Assembly: GCA_963842215.1 (NCBI GenBank)
Contig: CAWJFQ010000005.1
Location: forward strand, 841-64,840
Direction of reading: 5' to 3'
From: an uncultured delta proteobacterium
Lineage (GTDB): Bacteria > Desulfobacterota > Binatia > Binatales > Binataceae
DNA: 64,000 nucleotides
Shown: piece by piece, positions 47,348 through 56,920 of the stretch
How the letters are laid out: each line of letters begins with the position of its first letter
Position numbering within the stretch: position 1 is the stretch's first letter
The notes under the pieces: generated by a model
Database searches by the model: none
What the model saw: only the letters and a program-made list of their open reading frames with translations
What the model was told of the DNA's origin: nothing
Position numbers and translations under genes: made by a program

Positions 47348-47998
47348 TCATCGGCGGGCGAGCACCTCGTCCACAGCACGGCGGATATCGGCGGTGACGG
47401 CGGCTACAGGGCGGTCTGCATCGACAACGACCACGCGCGCGGGCTCGGCCTTCGCAATCGCCAGGAAGCCGTCGCGGACCTTGCGATGAAATTCAGCGCG
47501 CTCGCCTTCGAAGCGGTCGGAGCCGCGTCCGGTGCCCTTCGCGCGCGCGCGCGTGCGCTCGAGCCCAGTCTCGACTGGCAGGTCGAGCACGACAGTGAGA
47601 TCGGGCGTCACGTTGTCGGTCGCGAGCCGGTTCAGCTCGCCGAGCAGCTTGAGATCGAAGCCGCGCCCGTGGCCCTGGTAGGCGGTAGTCGAATCCGAAT
47701 AGCGATCCGAGATAACGATCTCTCCCGCTTGCAGAGCGGGCCGAAGCTTTTCGCGCACGTGTTGCGCACGATCGGCCAGCACCAGCAGCAATTCGGCAGC
47801 TACGTCCAGCGAAACTGCGGGATCGAGAAAAATCGCGCGAATGGTTTCGCCGGCGCGCGTACCGCCGGGCTCATGCGTGACCATTACGCGACGGCCGTTC
47901 TTGCGCAGCGCGTCGCCAAGGATCGCGGCCTGCGTTGTCTTGCCGCTGCCTTCGACCCCTTCGAGCGTGATGAACACCCCGGCCGCCATGATTGTCAA
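47348..47998 (-). CDS. tmk: dTMP (thymidylate) kinase
   Basis: FITLEGVEGSGKTTQ P-loop and DRYSDSTTAYQG. Confidence 0.95.
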   Translation of the reverse strand: MTIMAAGVFITLEGVEGSGKTTQAAILGDALRKNGRRVMVTHEPGGTRAGETIRAIFLDPAVSLDVAAELLLVLADRAQHVREKLRPALQAGEIVISDRYSDSTTAYQGHGRGFDLKLLGELNRLATDNVTPDLTVVLDLPVETGLERTRARAKGTGRGSDRFEGERAEFHRKVRDGFLAIAKAEPARVVVVDADRPVAAVTADIRRAVDEVLARR

Positions 47999-48831
47999 CT
48001 AAAGTACCAGTGCGTCAGTTGCGGCTGAAACAGCGCGAAAACGCCGGCGGCCAGCGCAAGATAAGGACCGAACGGAACTTCAGTGCGCAGTATCGAGACG
48101 TCCGCTTCCTCAGGATCGCTCGCGGGCTCGCCGAGCGGAGCGGGCGCAGTCGACCCGCTGCCCGCGACCGCGAATACGATTCCGCCGATTGCACCAATCA
48201 GCGAACCGAAGAACATCGTGAAGAGAACGCCTGGCCAGCCGAGAAATCCACCGACCATTCCGAGCAGCCACACGTCGCCAAGGCCGACACCCTCGCGCCC
48301 GCGCACAAGTTGGTAGAGATAGCCGGTGCCGAACAGCACGCCGCCGCCGAGGATGATTCCGAGCAGCGAACTTTTCCAGCCGATCTCCGGCATCATCAGC
48401 GACGCGGCGGCCAGCCCTACCAGCATCCCGGGCCAGGTGACGATGTTCGGAATCAGCCGCCAATCGTAGTCGATGATCGCGATCAGCCACAGCGCAGCGC
48501 ATAGAACGAAGCGCGCGATGGCGTCGGGGAACGGAAAGGCGAGGAAGAGGTAGAGCGCGATGACGGCGAGGCCGAGCTCGGCGAGAAAGTGACGGAACGG
48601 AATCGGCGCGCCGCACATCACGCAGCGCCCACGCAGGCCGAGGTAGGCAAGTATCGGGATGTTCGCCCACCACGGCAGCGCGCGCTCGCAGCTCTCGCAA
48701 TAGGAGCGCGGCGAGACGATCGAGAGGTCGCGCGGGAGCCGGTAGGCAACCATGCAGATGAAGCTGCCGACGCCCGCGCCGTATACGAAAGCGAAGGCGG
48801 CGCCGAGGCCGGTGGGCATGTAAGGGTTCAT
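47995..48831 (-). CDS. pilD: prepilin peptidase (A24 family)
   Basis: N-terminal Cys-rich box CESCERAL...CVMCG, catalytic Asp regions IIDYDWRLIPN and GLGDVWLLG. Stop overlaps the tmk start (ATGA). Confidence 0.85.
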   Translation of the reverse strand: MNPYMPTGLGAAFAFVYGAGVGSFICMVAYRLPRDLSIVSPRSYCESCERALPWWANIPILAYLGLRGRCVMCGAPIPFRHFLAELGLAVIALYLFLAFPFPDAIARFVLCAALWLIAIIDYDWRLIPNIVTWPGMLVGLAAASLMMPEIGWKSSLLGIILGGGVLFGTGYLYQLVRGREGVGLGDVWLLGMVGGFLGWPGVLFTMFFGSLIGAIGGIVFAVAGSGSTAPAPLGEPASDPEEADVSILRTEVPFGPYLALAAGVFALFQPQLTHWYFS

Positions 48832-48835
48832 CGCG

Positions 48836-49255
48836 TCACCGCCCTTTCTGCCTCGCTTGAGCCACCGCCGCCACGCTCACGATCAGAGTGCGCTCGCGCG
48901 GCCCGTCGAGCCCGACGAACATCACGCCCTGCCATTTGCCGAGCGCAAGCTTGCCGCGACGGATCGGGATGTTGATCGAAGTGGAGAGCATCACTGACAG
49001 AATATGCGCCTGCGAGTTGCCTTCGCCATGCCGGTAGCCATTTTCGCGCGGCACGACCCGCTCAAGTTGCGCGAGCATATCGGTAGTCACGTCGGGATCC
49101 CAGTTCTCGGAAACGATCACCGCGGCGGTCGTGTGAGTGACGAAGATGTTGCACAAGCCGCTGCTGGCGCCGATTTCGGCCAGCGCATGATTAGCCTTGT
49201 CGGTAATGTCGATCAGCTCGACGCGCGCCTTCGACTTTAGCTTGAGGTCGACCAT
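48836..49255 (-). CDS. yjbQ: YjbQ/UPF0047 family protein (secondary thiamine-phosphate synthase)
   Basis: 139 aa. CNIFVTHTTAAVIVSENWDPDV and GNSQAHI motifs. Confidence 0.85.
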   Translation of the reverse strand: MVDLKLKSKARVELIDITDKANHALAEIGASSGLCNIFVTHTTAAVIVSENWDPDVTTDMLAQLERVVPRENGYRHGEGNSQAHILSVMLSTSINIPIRRGKLALGKWQGVMFVGLDGPRERTLIVSVAAVAQARQKGR

Positions 49256-49259
49256 GTGA

Positions 49260-50636
49260 CTATTTTTGTGCGGCGCACAAATCGAGCGTCAAATCGTAAG
49301 TCGCCTTGATGCCGCGATTGAGATTGTCGACCGAGAGGCGCTCGTCGTCGCCGTGAATACGCGAAATTTCCTTGTCGTCGAGAATCACTGGGACGAAGCC
49401 GTACGAAGGGACGCCCCTGGCGCGCAGGAAGCGCGAATCGGTGCCGCCGGTCGTCATCCAGGGCACCACCCTGGCATCTTTGAAATCGCTCGCGACGACG
49501 CGCTTGATCGCCTGCCACGCCTCGCCGGAAGTCGGCGACGGCGGAGCTTCATCGGGTCGTTGTATATAGTCGATGGTGAAGTCGCCGGGGCCGAGCAGAT
49601 CGCGAAGGCGCTTCATGAACGCGGCGGCGTCGGTGCCGGGCAGCAGGCGACAGTCCAATCCCGCCTCGGCGACGGTGGGCACGACATTAACTTTGAACCC
49701 TGAATTGAGCATCGTGAGCGAAATCGTATCGCGCATGAGAGCCTGAATATTGTACGGCCTCAGCACGCCGGCCATCGCAGCCTCGGCGACGCCCGGTTGA
49801 TCGAGATGTGCGAGTTGAAACGACGCCGGGGCCGGCTCGAGCGGTGCGATCGATTCCATCGCGTCGGCGAAAATTCGCGTGATTCGAATCGGCGGCTGAT
49901 TCTCGAGCAATCGGTGCAGCGCGTTAATCAGGATCAGATTCGGATTGTCGGGCTTCGGCACGGAGCCGTGCCCACCCTTGCCGCGAACGGTAATGTGCAG
50001 CCAGTTCACGCGCTTCTCCGACACCGCAACGGTAAACGTGACGCCCTTGATGCCGAGCCATTCGGGCGCGCCTTCACCGCCTTCATTGAATGCGAACGCA
50101 GGATCGATGGCGTCCCAATGATTTTGCACCATCCAGGCCGCGCCATTCTCGCCGCCAGCTTCCTCATCGGGATTCACCATCATCTCGACGCCGCGGCTTA
50201 GCGCGACGCCATTGCGCTTGAGCGCGAGCATCGTCATCAGTGCCATGATCCCGTGCGCCTTGTTGTCGATCGCCCCGCGCGCCCATACGTAACCGTCGGT
50301 CAGGTCGGCGTCGAAGGGATGATGCGTCCAGTTGGCGGCGGCGACCGGCACGACGTCGGCATGGGACATCAGCAGCAGCGGCTTCACATTCGCGGGTCCC
50401 GGAATTCGCGCGACCAGACTCACCATTCCGGGCTTGCTCTCGAAAGTCTCGGTGGCGATTCCCTGCTTGTCGAGAATCGATTTCAGATACGCGATCGCCG
50501 CGGCGGTGTTGCTCGGAGGATTGGTGGTGTCGAAACGCAGATAGGCGCGGAAGTAACCGAGCGCCTCGGAATCAATCTTGTTCCAATCAATCGGGGGCGT
50601 GGTTTGCGCGAGTGACGACGGCGCGAGAGCCGCCAC
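49260..50636 (-). CDS. M20/M25/M40 family metallopeptidase
   Basis: LLMSHADVVP, ARGAIDNKA and NPDEEAGG motifs. Start is uncertain: the called GTG start gives only the tail of a signal peptide. Confidence 0.8.
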   Translation of the reverse strand: MAALAPSSLAQTTPPIDWNKIDSEALGYFRAYLRFDTTNPPSNTAAAIAYLKSILDKQGIATETFESKPGMVSLVARIPGPANVKPLLLMSHADVVPVAAANWTHHPFDADLTDGYVWARGAIDNKAHGIMALMTMLALKRNGVALSRGVEMMVNPDEEAGGENGAAWMVQNHWDAIDPAFAFNEGGEGAPEWLGIKGVTFTVAVSEKRVNWLHITVRGKGGHGSVPKPDNPNLILINALHRLLENQPPIRITRIFADAMESIAPLEPAPASFQLAHLDQPGVAEAAMAGVLRPYNIQALMRDTISLTMLNSGFKVNVVPTVAEAGLDCRLLPGTDAAAFMKRLRDLLGPGDFTIDYIQRPDEAPPSPTSGEAWQAIKRVVASDFKDARVVPWMTTGGTDSRFLRARGVPSYGFVPVILDDKEISRIHGDDERLSVDNLNRGIKATYDLTLDLCAAQK

Positions 50637-50725
50637 AAGCTATCAGCGCCGCAGAGCGCGATCTTTGCGCGCCGAAATCGCACCAGCAGATTTGAATCGC
50701 TCCATCGTCTATCTCGTCAGTCCGA

Positions 50726-51584
50726 TCAGCGCTGGCATTGCGGGCAAAAGAAACTGGCGCGCTGTCCCACCACTACATTTTTGATCGGCGTCGAGCATGT
50801 GTAGCACGGTTCTCCCTCGCGGCCGTACACGCGCAAACTGGTGGCAAATCGCCCGGGCTGTCCGCGCGAATCGCGGTAACTGCGAAAGGTCGTGCCGTTG
50901 CTGCCGATCGCGGCTCGAAGGATCACAGGAACCGACGCCGCGATTTTTTCGATCTCGCTTCGCGTGACGCGCCCGGCACGCCGCGTGGGACGAACGCCTG
51001 CGCGAAACAAAATTTCGGACGCATAGATGTTTCCGATGCCAGCGACGATCCTTTGATCCATGATCAGGTTTTTGATCGACGCCGTTCGGCCGCGAGCTTT
51101 CGCGGCGAGGTAGTCCGGCGTTGAAATCGCGCGACAACGGCTCGGGGCCGAGACCCTTGAGCTCCGCAGTGGAAGTCAACGCGGCGCGTTCGACGAGGCG
51201 GACCATGCCGAAGCGCCTCGGATCGTTGTAAACCAGGCGCGACGCGTCGTCGAGCGAGAATTCGAGATGGTCGTGGCGCGGATCGAAATCGCCGGCATCG
51301 AAGCCGTCGTGACGATGGGTCAAACTGCCTGACATCCCGAGGTGCACGAGCATTACGTCATCGCCGTCGAGCTCGACGATCAAATATTTCGCGCGTCGCG
51401 ACAGTTTCACGATTTGCCGGCCGGCGATCGCATCGGCAAAATTCGCGACGACGCGACGGCGCAGCCGCGCCTCTCCGACACGCACGCTCACGATGGTTCT
51501 GCCGACCGCGGTGCGAACCAGTACCCGGCGCAGCGACTCGACTTCCGGCAGTTCAGGCATCGCGCGCGACAATCCTGCCGGCAA
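50726..51584 (-). pseudogene. mutM: formamidopyrimidine-DNA glycosylase with a one-base frameshift near 51114-51117
   Basis: N-terminal MPELPEVE...LGPEPLSRDFNA is in one frame. The continuation DYLAAKARGRTASIKNLIMDQRIVAGIGNIYASE...CPQCQR is in the next frame. Sense strand reads aac gcc G gac tac. Confidence 0.8.
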
Positions 51585-52449
51585 GTTCGGTGCGCAGCGT
51601 ACGCATGAGTCTCAGGAAATCCGGCACGCCGAGCTTCTCCGCGCGAGTGCCCGGATCGATCGCGGCGCGTTCGAGCGCCCGCGTGGTTTGCACGCTCTCG
51701 ATTCCGAGCGAATGACTGAGCGCGTTGCGAATTGTTTTGCGCGGCGCCGAGAACGAGGCGCGCACAGTATCGAGAACGTCACGCTCGTCGATGGCGGCGA
51801 ACAATGGCGTCGCGAGGGGAGCGAACCTGAGAACTTCGGCGTCAACCTTGGGACGCGGGTGGAAGCTGCCGGCCGCGACCGTGAAATGCAGATCGATATC
51901 CCAGTAGAGTGCGGTGTAGACGCTCAGCGCGCCGTAAGCATCGTCGCCCGGTACTGCACGAATTCGGGCGGCCACTTCACGCTGGAACATCAGTACCATT
52001 TTCGAAATCTTTCGCGAGTTGTCGCACAGGCGCCGCAAGATAGCTGCCGCGACGTTGAATGGAAGATTGCCGATTACCTTGGCCGATGAACCGCCGGCCA
52101 GTGCCGCGAAATCGGTGGCGAGAAAGTCGGCGTTGACGACCCGTGCCTCTCTGAAGCGCTCCTGGAGCCGGACGGCCAGCCGCGAGTCGAGTTCTATCAG
52201 CGTCAGCGAGGATAGTGGCCGCGCCGCGATCTTCTCGGTCAGGATGCCGAGGCCGGGGCCTATCTCGATCACCGCATCGATGTCGCAGAGCTCGGCGGCC
52301 GCGACGATTCGCGCTGCGACGCCGGCGCTGGTGAGAAAGTTCTGGCCGCGCGACCGGGCAGGCCGCACGCCGGCGCGCGCCAGTGCAGGCGCCGGACGCG
52401 ACGGAGTTTCGGCTACGTGCGATTTTTGTGCAATCGTCATTTGCTCCAA
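51553..52449 (-). CDS. rsmA: 16S rRNA (adenine1518/1519-N6)-dimethyltransferase
   Basis: RGQNFL, VIEIGPGLGILT, VIGNLPFNV motifs. Confidence 0.9.
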   Translation of the reverse strand: MEQMTIAQKSHVAETPSRPAPALARAGVRPARSRGQNFLTSAGVAARIVAAAELCDIDAVIEIGPGLGILTEKIAARPLSSLTLIELDSRLAVRLQERFREARVVNADFLATDFAALAGGSSAKVIGNLPFNVAAAILRRLCDNSRKISKMVLMFQREVAARIRAVPGDDAYGALSVYTALYWDIDLHFTVAAGSFHPRPKVDAEVLRFAPLATPLFAAIDERDVLDTVRASFSAPRKTIRNALSHSLGIESVQTTRALERAAIDPGTRAEKLGVPDFLRLMRTLRTELAGRIVARDA

Positions 52450-52450
52450 T

Positions 52451-53455
52451 TTACAGCGCGAGATTGGCTTCGGCGTCGATACTCAAGGCGTCGCGCTCGC
52501 CGCGTAGCAGCCGGTAGCTACCCGCCAGCGCAATCATAGCCGCATTGTCGGTGCAGTATTTCAGCGCTGGTGCGACCAGCCTGCGTCCATCAGCCGCGGC
52601 CACCTCCGCGAGCCGGTCGCGCAACCTCGAGTTTGCGGCAACCCCTCCGGTCAACGCGATCGTGTCCGTGCCCAGTTCACGCGCGGCGGCTATCGTCGGC
52701 TTCACCAGCATCTCGACTACGGCTTCCTGGAAGCTTGCCGCCAGATCCTCCGGCAGCTCTGCGCGTCCGTTCTCGCTCGCCAAAAAAGTCGCGACCGCAG
52801 TCTTCACCCCGCTGAAACTGAAATCCATCGGCGCGCCTTTAACGTGCGCGCGCGGGATTCGCACGCGCTTGCGATTGCCGTTGCGTGACAGCTCGTCGAT
52901 CGCGCGGCCGCCCGGATAACCCAGTCCCATCAGTTTCGCGACCTTGTCGAAAGCCTCGCCGGCGGCGTCGTCGCGGGTGCGCCCGATTCGTCGGTAGCGT
53001 CCGAATTCCTCAACCGCAAACAGCGCGGTATGACCGCCCGAAACGACCAGCGCCAGGTACGGCATCGCGATTCGATTTTCGAGCAGGGGAGCCAGCAGAT
53101 GGCCCTCGATATGATTCACGCCGACCATCCCGACGCCGCTCGCCTGCGCAAGTCCCTTTGCGAACATCAGGCCGACCAGCAGCGAGCCGACCAGCCCCGG
53201 TCCCCGGGTGACGGCGATTCCCTCGACGTCAGCGAGCCGGCACCGCGCGACGTCGAGAGCGCGCTCGATGACAGGCGCAATCGTGACGACGTGATTGCGC
53301 GACGCGAGTTCCGGCACAATACCGCCGTAAGCGCGATGAATATCGTCCTGGTTGGCGACGGTGCTGGAGCGAATCTCCACAATTCCCGGCGCGCGAGTTT
53401 CGAGCACCGCGGCCGCAGCGTCGTCGCAGGAGGATTCAATTCCCAGTATCAGCAT
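52451..53455 (-). CDS. tsaD: tRNA N6-adenosine threonylcarbamoyltransferase
   Basis: MLILGIESSCDD, VNHIEGH, SGGHT, LTGGVAAN motifs. Confidence 0.95.
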   Translation of the reverse strand: MLILGIESSCDDAAAAVLETRAPGIVEIRSSTVANQDDIHRAYGGIVPELASRNHVVTIAPVIERALDVARCRLADVEGIAVTRGPGLVGSLLVGLMFAKGLAQASGVGMVGVNHIEGHLLAPLLENRIAMPYLALVVSGGHTALFAVEEFGRYRRIGRTRDDAAGEAFDKVAKLMGLGYPGGRAIDELSRNGNRKRVRIPRAHVKGAPMDFSFSGVKTAVATFLASENGRAELPEDLAASFQEAVVEMLVKPTIAAARELGTDTIALTGGVAANSRLRDRLAEVAAADGRRLVAPALKYCTDNAAMIALAGSYRLLRGERDALSIDAEANLAL

Positions 53456-53562
53456 TGCAGCGCTAAGGATGACACAAATGAATTTCCAGAAAAGAGCGAG
53501 CGACTCCAGTGCGCACTTCTATTTGAGGAAGCGCTGCACCCTTCAAATCAAGCTGCCGGTGT

Positions 53563-54543
53563 TCAATCCGTCGGCGGAGGCGCCGATGCTGGTGGCGGAG
53601 GGGCTGGCGCTTCTTCCGGAGGTCCCGGAGCGTCGGGTTCCGTGGGGGCTGGTTGAGCGAGATCCGGCGCTGACTCTGAGGTAGTGGCTGACGCCGGCAC
53701 AACCGCGCCCACCCGCGTCACGCCGACGCGCGCAGTCAGGTTGCCCGGACTGGCGGCAAGCGCCTTCTGATAGGCGGCAGCCGCTTCGGTGGATTTCCCC
53801 GACTGCTCGAGGCACAGCCCTTCAAACGCATACGCTTCGCCGAGCCAGGCCGAATTCGACGCAAGTCCGATTTCCGCGCGCTTGAAAAAGGTCTCTGCCT
53901 GTCCGTAGTCCTGGCGCGCGACGTAGGCGCGGCCGAGATAAAAGTAAGCGTAGGAGTTGCTCGGATCGATCGAAATAGCGTGCGCGAGTTCACGAATCGC
54001 GTTGTCTGTATGTCCCTGCTCGAGCGCGACGCGCTGCGCTTCCGTGATTCTCAACGACGCCGCGCGTGCTGGAGTCGGGGCGGTGTCGATCATCGGGGTC
54101 AGCGACTCGTCGCTGATTTGAGGAGTCGTCGCGATCGAACCAACGTCGATCGCCGGCGCGATGTCGGGGGGAGCGGCTTCGGCCGGCTGCCCGCGAGGAG
54201 GAGCAACCGTCGCGGTCGGCGCTGCATGTTGCTTCTGCTGCTCGACAGGCTCTGCTTGACCGCCGGGGGTCGAGTTCCCGCCCGGCGCGGGTTTTGGCGT
54301 TACCCGCTGCCAATCTTCATCGTTAGTATTTTCGTTGGAATTTTCGTCAGGATTTGCCTGCGCATCCGAAGACGGCGCCGCCGCGGGACCTGCCGGCGCA
54401 GTGAGATCTTGCGCCGGAATCGATTCTTCCTGGAGTTCGGCGACCATCATCGGCCGGCTGTCCGATGCGCTCGCGAGAGCCGGCATTGTCGACAGAAACA
54501 TAGCCAAACAAAAAGTAGCGAATCGCACGGTCGGCCTAATCAT
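53563..54543 (-). CDS. secreted TPR repeat protein with Pro/Ala-rich regions
   Basis: Signal peptide MIRPTVRFATFCLAMFLSTMPALASA. TPR units (AYFYLGRAYVARQDYGQAETFFKRA...). C-terminal PAPPPPASAPPP tail. Confidence 0.7.
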   Translation of the reverse strand: MIRPTVRFATFCLAMFLSTMPALASASDSRPMMVAELQEESIPAQDLTAPAGPAAAPSSDAQANPDENSNENTNDEDWQRVTPKPAPGGNSTPGGQAEPVEQQKQHAAPTATVAPPRGQPAEAAPPDIAPAIDVGSIATTPQISDESLTPMIDTAPTPARAASLRITEAQRVALEQGHTDNAIRELAHAISIDPSNSYAYFYLGRAYVARQDYGQAETFFKRAEIGLASNSAWLGEAYAFEGLCLEQSGKSTEAAAAYQKALAASPGNLTARVGVTRVGAVVPASATTSESAPDLAQPAPTEPDAPGPPEEAPAPPPPASAPPPTD

Positions 54544-56902
54544 TAGGATCGGCTACTGGATTCGGCTCTTCAGGAATCTTGTGGTCCACGGCCGTCAACG
54601 CCCCCGGTGACTTATGATACGGGCAGTCTTGAGTTGGCGCCAGATCCTGCGGATACACCCCCATCATCGTTACCGGGCAATACGGCGTCGCCTTGTAGCC
54701 AGTGGTAGGATCAATCAGCTCCGTGACGATTCCCGGCGGCGCGGTAAAATCCAGCGGTGGACGCGCCGCGGTCGCCGCCTCCATGAAAGCCGTCCACGCC
54801 GGCAGCGAAGCTTGCGCGCCGGTCAGCCCCAGCACTTCCTTTTGATCGAAACCGGTCCAGACTACCGCCAGCAGATTCGGGGTAAAGCCGGCGAACCACG
54901 CGTCCTTGGCGTCGTTGGTGGTTCCCGTCTTGCCAGCGGCCGGCCGCGTAAAGCCCATCGTGCGCGCGGCCGCGCCGGTGCCGTGATTGATCACGTTCTC
55001 GAGCATGAACTGCATCATGTATGCGAGCTCCGGCGAAATAACCTGCTGGGCCGCGAGCTCATGACCCTCGATCACCTTGTTGTTTTCATCGACCACCGCG
55101 GTAACGGCGTACGGCTGAGTTTCCATCCCGTCGTTAGCAATTACGGCGTACGCGCGCGCAACTTGCATCGGCGAGACTTCGATTCCGCCGAGCACGATCG
55201 ACGGATATGCGGGCAAATCGCCAAAGCCGAGCTTCGATGCCATCGCGCGGATTCGATCGAGTCCAACGCTGTTGGCCAGCCGTGCCGTCGCGGAGTTGAG
55301 CGACTCGCCGAGCGCGAACTCGAGCGTAACGTGTCCAAAGAATCGATCGCGATAGTTATTCGGGGTCCAGCTCATGTCGCCGTATTGCCAGGTGAACGGC
55401 GCGTCTTCGATATAGGTAGTCGGCAGAAACTTCTCGGCGCCTCCCGACAGCGTCTCGTCGAAGGCCGCCAGGTATGTCACCGGCTTGAACACCGAACCGG
55501 GCTGACGTTTGGACTGAGTAACGCGATTGAACTGGCTCGACTGATAATCGCGGCCGCCGGCCATCGCGCGAATCCTGCCGGTCTGCGGCTCGAGCGCAAT
55601 CAGGCACGATTCGAGCCGATCCTTCATCTCGCGGCGCGCGAGCTTGGGATGCTTGGCTTCGAGGTCGGCAAGATTGTGTGCGATCGACGCCTCGGCGATC
55701 TTTTCCATGTGCACGTCGAGCGAGGTGAAGATGCGCAAACCCTCGCCGCTCAGCACTTGCGGCGGATAGCGCTCGGCGAGTTCCTTCTTGACGAAGTCGA
55801 CGAAGTAGGGCGCATCGTTGCCTTCGGCATAGACTTCGCGCGCCCGCAGCGGCTCGCTGACGGCAGCATCGTATGCGCTTTTGCTGATGTAACCATCCTC
55901 GAGCATCGAGGCCAGCACCTCGTCCCGTCGCGGCCGCGCGGCGTCGGGATGGTGCAGGGGATTAAGCCGGTTCGGCGAAGAAATCAGGCCCGCTATAGTA
56001 GCCATTTCGCCAATAGTCAGATCGCGCGGCTCCTTCGAGAAGTAGTACTCACTTGCTTCCCAGACGCCGTATATACCTTCCTGTCCGCGTTGTCCCAGGT
56101 AGATGTCGTTAATATAGTTTTCTAGGATTTCATCTTTCGAGTAATCGCGCTCCGCGATGTACGCCATCATCGCTTCCTTGAGCTTGCGCTTGTAGCTTCG
56201 CTCGCGCGTCAGGAAGAAGTTCTTCATCAATTGCTGCGTGAGCGTCGATCCGCCCTGGCGCACGTGTCCCGAGGTGAAGTCGATGTAAGCGGCCTTGATG
56301 GTGCGCACGATGTCGACGCCGTGATGCTCGTAGAATCGATGGTCCTCGGCGGCCAGGATCGCATTGATCATCGTCGGTGGAATCTGGCTCAGGCGCACCA
56401 GCCGCCGCTGTTCCCAGTCACCCTCGAAGATGCCGCTGATAAGCTCGGGCTCGAGTTCCAGCGAGAAGATCGGTTTACGCGTCACCGGGTCCGCCATCGA
56501 GTCGATCGTATCGCCCTTGAGATTCAGCTCGACCAGTTCGCCGCCGAAGTTGCCGTAGGGATACCCGAAGCTGTGCAGAAAGATTTCGAGCTTGCCGCGC
56601 TTCTTGTCGAAGCTGTACTCGCCGCGACTGGCAACCTTGCCCGGGTCGACCGGATGGTAATTGAGGCGCGCGAGGCGCTCGAAGAAGCCGAGATCCTTCA
56701 GATCCTGACCGGGGTAGATGAGCACCGAGTCGGAATAAATGCGTGACGGGATGTTCCAGCGCTTGCCCGAGAAGCGCGCCACTACTTCATCTTCGAGCTG
56801 ATGGTAGTAGCTGGAGAAAAGCCACAACGCCGGCGGGACCGCGAACAGAATAAGCGCGCCCACGCCGATCAGCGCGAATTTCAGAATTCGTTTTGGGGAC
56901 AT
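54536..56902 (-). CDS. mrcA: penicillin-binding protein 1A (bifunctional glycosyltransferase/transpeptidase)
   Basis: GT51 motifs EDHRFYEHHGVD, GGSTLTQQL. Transpeptidase motifs SVFKP (SxxK), SLN, KTGTT. Confidence 0.9.
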   Translation of the reverse strand: MSPKRILKFALIGVGALILFAVPPALWLFSSYYHQLEDEVVARFSGKRWNIPSRIYSDSVLIYPGQDLKDLGFFERLARLNYHPVDPGKVASRGEYSFDKKRGKLEIFLHSFGYPYGNFGGELVELNLKGDTIDSMADPVTRKPIFSLELEPELISGIFEGDWEQRRLVRLSQIPPTMINAILAAEDHRFYEHHGVDIVRTIKAAYIDFTSGHVRQGGSTLTQQLMKNFFLTRERSYKRKLKEAMMAYIAERDYSKDEILENYINDIYLGQRGQEGIYGVWEASEYYFSKEPRDLTIGEMATIAGLISSPNRLNPLHHPDAARPRRDEVLASMLEDGYISKSAYDAAVSEPLRAREVYAEGNDAPYFVDFVKKELAERYPPQVLSGEGLRIFTSLDVHMEKIAEASIAHNLADLEAKHPKLARREMKDRLESCLIALEPQTGRIRAMAGGRDYQSSQFNRVTQSKRQPGSVFKPVTYLAAFDETLSGGAEKFLPTTYIEDAPFTWQYGDMSWTPNNYRDRFFGHVTLEFALGESLNSATARLANSVGLDRIRAMASKLGFGDLPAYPSIVLGGIEVSPMQVARAYAVIANDGMETQPYAVTAVVDENNKVIEGHELAAQQVISPELAYMMQFMLENVINHGTGAAARTMGFTRPAAGKTGTTNDAKDAWFAGFTPNLLAVVWTGFDQKEVLGLTGAQASLPAWTAFMEAATAARPPLDFTAPPGIVTELIDPTTGYKATPYCPVTMMGVYPQDLAPTQDCPYHKSPGALTAVDHKIPEEPNPVADPND

Positions 56903-56920
56903 CGGGAATGCGTCCCCGGC

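Noticed and set aside
50600-50710. Possible further indels in the signal-peptide region of the M20 peptidase
   Set aside because: An upstream ATG (MERFKSAGAISARKDRALRR) is in frame but separated from the called start by TGA TAG. A plausible signal peptide (SAALIA + VAALAPSSLAQ) appears only by hopping frames twice. That is too speculative without reads, so it is recorded only as start-site uncertainty.
54614-56125. 503-aa plus-strand ORF
   Set aside because: It lies entirely antisense to the well-supported PBP1A gene. Arg-rich shadow frame with no motifs.
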